From Azolla caroliniana (Eukaryota > Plantae > Polypodiophyta): a DNA stretch of 64,000 bases. The stretch covers positions 17,484,001-17,548,000 of the forward strand of contig JBHGNT010000014.1 of the NCBI GenBank assembly GCA_043228905.1, in the 5' to 3' direction. This document shows, piece by piece, positions 60,301 to 64,000 of this stretch; within the stretch, counting starts at the first letter, position 1, and every line of letters starts with the position of its first letter. The notes under the pieces were generated by a model that was not told the DNA's origin, ran no database searches, and was given only the letters and a program-made list of their open reading frames with translations. The translations under genes and the position numbers were made by a program.

Positions 60301-62269
60301 GAAAGATGGGATGATGATATCTTAATGTACATGGGAGGCTAACATAATGCATGAGATCAATAACCATTATAAAGCACTCTCCCCGAAATGACTATTCTGT
60401 TTCTATTCTGAACGTATGAACCTGTGCACATCAAATGTGATGCCATGTCTTGCTCGCTTCAGGATTGGGTTGTCCCGATGTAAGCTTGGGCATTAGCCTG
60501 CAGCCTTTTTGAGCATTAGCATAACTGCAATAGTATTCAAAACTTGAATCTACATTGGGCTGCTCTCTAGTTTGTGCAGAGGGCTTCCAATGTGAAGGAG
60601 CTGCAAGCCATGTATGTGGTGGGCTTTAAAATGGTATAACAAAAAGTAAAAGTAAAAGCTGAAATGAAAAACTAAGCTTGTTTCTTAATTCCACTATTTG
60701 GATGTTTCATGAGTTTAGTTCTGTGGAGCAAAGCGCACATTTCTAGTGTCTTGAAAGTTAAGACGACCTTTTAGTAATTCTTGAAATCATGCCTGATGTT
60801 CTCATATGCAATGAATCCGAAGTAATTATTCTGTTTTTATTCTCAATGTGAACATGTGCGCATCATATGTGATGCAATGTTTTACTCGCTTCAGGATGGG
60901 TTGTCCTCATGTAAGCTTGGGCATCATGCCTGCAGCCTTTGTTGATTTTCCCAATATTGAGTATTAATGTAGCTGCAATAGTACTCAAACGTTGAATATA
61001 TGTCGGGCTGTTCTCCAGTATATATGGAGAACTTCCAATCTGGAGGAGTTGCAAGCCATCATCAGAAAGCATCATCCTTTTCAAGCTGAGCTCCTGCCTA
61101 CAATTGCTTACCAATCTGTATAAAATGCGAAACTGTATTAGAACAGAAAAGACACTATAAGCTGTAAAATCTAAGTAAAATGAGTTGATTTTCTTTATGA
61201 TTATTTGAGAAACATGTTTTCAAAGGTTCGAAATATTGAAGAAGTTTCAAGTTTCATATTGAGAGCATTGAATTGCATTTCCTTGTCAATGCTTTAATTG
61301 GACATATAACCCAGTTTCTAGTTTCAAGTTTCATATTGGGAGCATTGAATTGCACTTCCTTGTCAATGCTTTAATTTGACCTATAACCCAGTTTGTAGGA
61401 GCCATTCTCTAAGAAGCAAAGTTGAATATTTTACCACTGCATTGCTTTTTAAGAAACATGGAACTTTCCTTACTCTTAGAAGGTTCTTTTAAAATACCTT
61501 CAGATTGTATTGCTCCATTGAAATTTCGAAAATTGTGAAATTGTGAATTATCTTCAAAATGAGATGTCAAAAAAATCCAACAAGAAAATTTGATATTGTT
61601 TTTCAATTTCTTGCTGGTTGGAAACAGCCAGAAACTACCTGCTGTCTATCCTGTAAGCTTTAGCCTGGCTGTCCAAGTTGATAGTTTGATTGTCTATTGA
61701 TCAAATACTGTAGAAGTCAAATGTGCTTCTGGATAATACAATGCTCTGAAACTGCCTTCTTCAAATAGGCATAGATGTTGCTGAAGAAAACATCTTTGTA
61801 GGGATAAAGAAGTAACAGAGTTTGTATTCACATTTTAAAATATAATGCCTGTTTATTTCACACTTGCTTCATGGTGTATTGCATTGTATTATCTGAATCT
61901 TACTGTTGTGTATATGAAGCTTATTCAAATTGGCAGATACTCAGGCCCAACTATCCACTTTGTAGATGAGAAATATGATCATGGAATAATTTTGGCCCAA
62001 AGAGTTGTACCTGTGCTACCGTATGATACAGCTGATGATCTAGCCGCTCGGGTTTTGAAAGAGGTACATATTTTTACAGTTTTTTTCTCACGCATATGCA
62101 GGCATGGTTGCTTATACTTCATTTTTTATCAATGACGTAAATTCATCCAGGGTGAACTTATGTAGTTTGTTATCTCCCTGTCAGATGGTAATAGTCCAAG
62201 GTTAATGTTCAAAGCAATCATCTTATGCAGGACTATAGATGAGTTTTATGGATATTTGATCGTCTCTGC

Positions 62270-62345
<76 letters not shown>

Positions 62346-63141
62346 CTATGTAATATTTATAAGGGTAGGGATTTAATATGTAATATTTATAAGGGTAGAT
62401 AGTTTATTAACTATCTTCAAATTTCATAGGATTGTGATATGTGTCATGCAAAAGAGTTTGGTTAACTAACTTGGATCTCAAAATGATCTATATATTATCC
62501 ATAGCTTAGAATACTTGGCCTACAATACGAGTAGAATACTTATGCTAAGTATTTTAAAAGTATTTTACCTTTTTTTTTAAATGGTTATAATATATTTTAT
62601 AAAGATAAAATAAGTAGAATACGTTAGATATGTATAAATATGTTAAATACATAAAATTCTTTAAATATTTTTTATATTTGTATTATATCTAACAACTGTT
62701 TTCTGGCCAATTATTTATTTATTATTATTGTGATTTTCATTTTATTTTTAGGAAACTTAAAATATTTGTTGAATAGGTTTGAATATTTAGAATATGTTAA
62801 ATACATGCACATTTTGAAATGGCAGTTTACAATGTAGAATACTTGCTAGATTAAATACTTAAGAATATTCTAAAACGTATTCTAACACAAAATACTTGTT
62901 TTTTAACAACTAATATTCCAAGATATTGCAATATATCAATTTTCTTTAATCATGAAACCCTTGAAAATTGACATTTGTGTATTAAGGTCTTTCTTGTATT
63001 CTCTGTTTTATGCTTCTATTCAAGCAGGAACATGACTTGTACCCTGAGGTTGTAGCAGCATTATGTGAAGATCGAATCTCGTGGCAAGATAATGGAGTTC
63101 CAATAATTAGGCGGTCATGGCACGGTTCAGAATTTGATTGA
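51306..63141 (+). CDS. PUR3: Phosphoribosylglycinamide formyltransferase (GAR transformylase, PurN), likely plastid-targeted. Exons 51306-51666, 52577-52688, 59470-59646, 61937-62063, 63028-63141 (296 aa)
   Basis: [62 protein letters not shown], with catalytic N/H/D present. All introns GT-AG with compatible phases (1,2,2,0); 891 nt in total. S/P/A/R-rich N-terminal extension. The exact start ATG (51306-51318) is uncertain. Confidence 0.95.
51882..52159. mobile_element. Solo LTR (278 bp) in PurN intron 1
   Basis: TGTAAGGG...CCCCAACA flanked by 5-bp TSD AAGAC (51877-81 and 52160-64); internal TATAAATA. Confidence 0.8.
53246..58687 (+). mobile_element. Copia E, near full-length, in PurN intron 2 (sense orientation): LTRs 53246-53876 and 58051-~58687
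   Basis: Paired LTRs starting TGTTAGATATAATC, PBS TGGTATCAGAGC (53877-88), PPT TGAGGGGGCG. Gag-pol 53970-58056 with [18 protein letters not shown], integrase, [12 protein letters not shown], and several stops/frameshifts. The 3' terminus is altered and no TSD matches. Confidence 0.92.
60419..61060. repeat. Diverged duplicated ~200-bp segment in PurN intron 3 (60419-60611 vs 60851-61059)
   Basis: Shared blocks ATGTGATGC, CTCGCTTCAGGAT, GGGTTGTCC, ATGTAAGCTTGGGCAT, GCCTGCAGCCTTT, CTGCAATAGTA, CTTCCAAT, TGCAAGCCAT. Confidence 0.8.
61243..61394. repeat. 77-bp tandem duplication in PurN intron 3
   Basis: AGTTTCAAGTTTCATATTG...TATAACCCAGTTT at 61243 and 61320. Confidence 0.85.
62273..62340. repeat. 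(GA)n microsatellite in PurN intron 4
   Basis: About 34 GA units. Confidence 0.95.
62500..62912. mobile_element. hAT-type MITE related to 7585-7902, in PurN intron 4
   Basis: CATAGCTT...TTTTAACAACTA ends and shared internal motifs (TATGCTAAGTATT, AAATGG, GAATATTCTAAAAC). TSD only partly matches (ATATTATC / ATATTCCA). Confidence 0.6.
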
Positions 63142-64000
63142 TCAAGAAAAAAATCAGAATGCTATTCAAAGTTTAAGATTTTTGTTGATAAAGGAAAATA
63201 TCTTAATGCTTCGTAGGGACTGTTGATGGTTATTCTTGTAATGTTTAGAAATTCGAATGGGTATCTTGGAAAGGTTTTATACAGGATTTACAAAAGTTAT
63301 GAGGCACAAAGGCAAAAGAATAATTGGGCAATCAGGATGTTGGTTATGTCAGAAATTTCCCTATAGAACACACAAGAAATATAAGAAGAATCATGTTGCG
63401 TTTTTACTTTCCGTGTACAAAGGTTTTTCTTGGAAATTTTGAAAAACACTGAAGGTTATGTTGGGAAGGTTTTGATTGGAGTCTATACAAACCGTTACAA
63501 AAATAATGAGGCTTAGTGGTGCTGTTTTCCTCCAAACATTCTGTCCAGGAGGACACGCACAAAAATTATAAGGAAAAGATTATGCCTGACGTTAATAATT
63601 CGTCTTTCCACAGCCTATTAGGATTGACCTCTAAATTATATTTTGGTCTGAAATAAATTCTTCACTCTTGCTTTTCCCTTAACACCACTGGTTAAATACA
63701 AATATACTTCATTTGTGCTGAGGCTGATTTATATATTTCATCATAGGATATCGATCTAGGAACAAAATGTTGCTTAACATGTTCACTTTGTAAATGTACA
63801 TGTCTTGAGCTTTTGTGTAATATGAAAGGTTTGCGTTCATTGTTATCTCCTACAAAGCTCTAGTCTCCATTCCATAAATGATGAGCATGATTGTTTCTTA
63901 CTCTCCTGCCTCTAATGCCTGGCATTGATATGTGAATTGGATCTAATGGGAAATTTTACTCTTTAGGTCGTTTGAACTTCTTTTCTCTCTAATAATATAT

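Noticed and set aside
62205-62402. RE-repeat ORF (also 50998-51195)
   Set aside because: Translation of GA/CT microsatellites.

Overview
Eukaryotic land-plant genomic DNA; the transposon lineages suggest a seed-free plant (fern or lycophyte), which is an inference. Two host genes flank a ~40 kb stack of nested LTR retrotransposons. At the left is a spliced TAPETUM DETERMINANT 1 (TPD1)-like secreted peptide gene (~1.7-3.5 kb). At the right is a complete 5-exon plastid-type phosphoribosylglycinamide formyltransferase gene (PurN/PUR3, 51306-63141, 296 aa), with a solo LTR, a full Copia element and a hAT MITE in its introns and another hAT MITE 84 bp upstream of the ATG. The central block (10.9-48 kb) holds four Copia elements or fragments, a Tcn1-like chromovirus, an orphan coiled-coil ORF sitting next to a polypurine tract, and three copies (two families) of an unusual Gypsy lineage. 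That lineage has a tRNA-Trp primer site, 4-bp CpG-centred target duplications, an FLDD-type RT and a conserved G_GAU_UUU slippery site followed by a covarying pseudoknot. The most unusual signal is that two unrelated Gypsy lineages each carry an antisense tRNA-like A-box/B-box cassette inside their LTRs. All calls were made by eye from the sequence and ORF track; no database searches were run.
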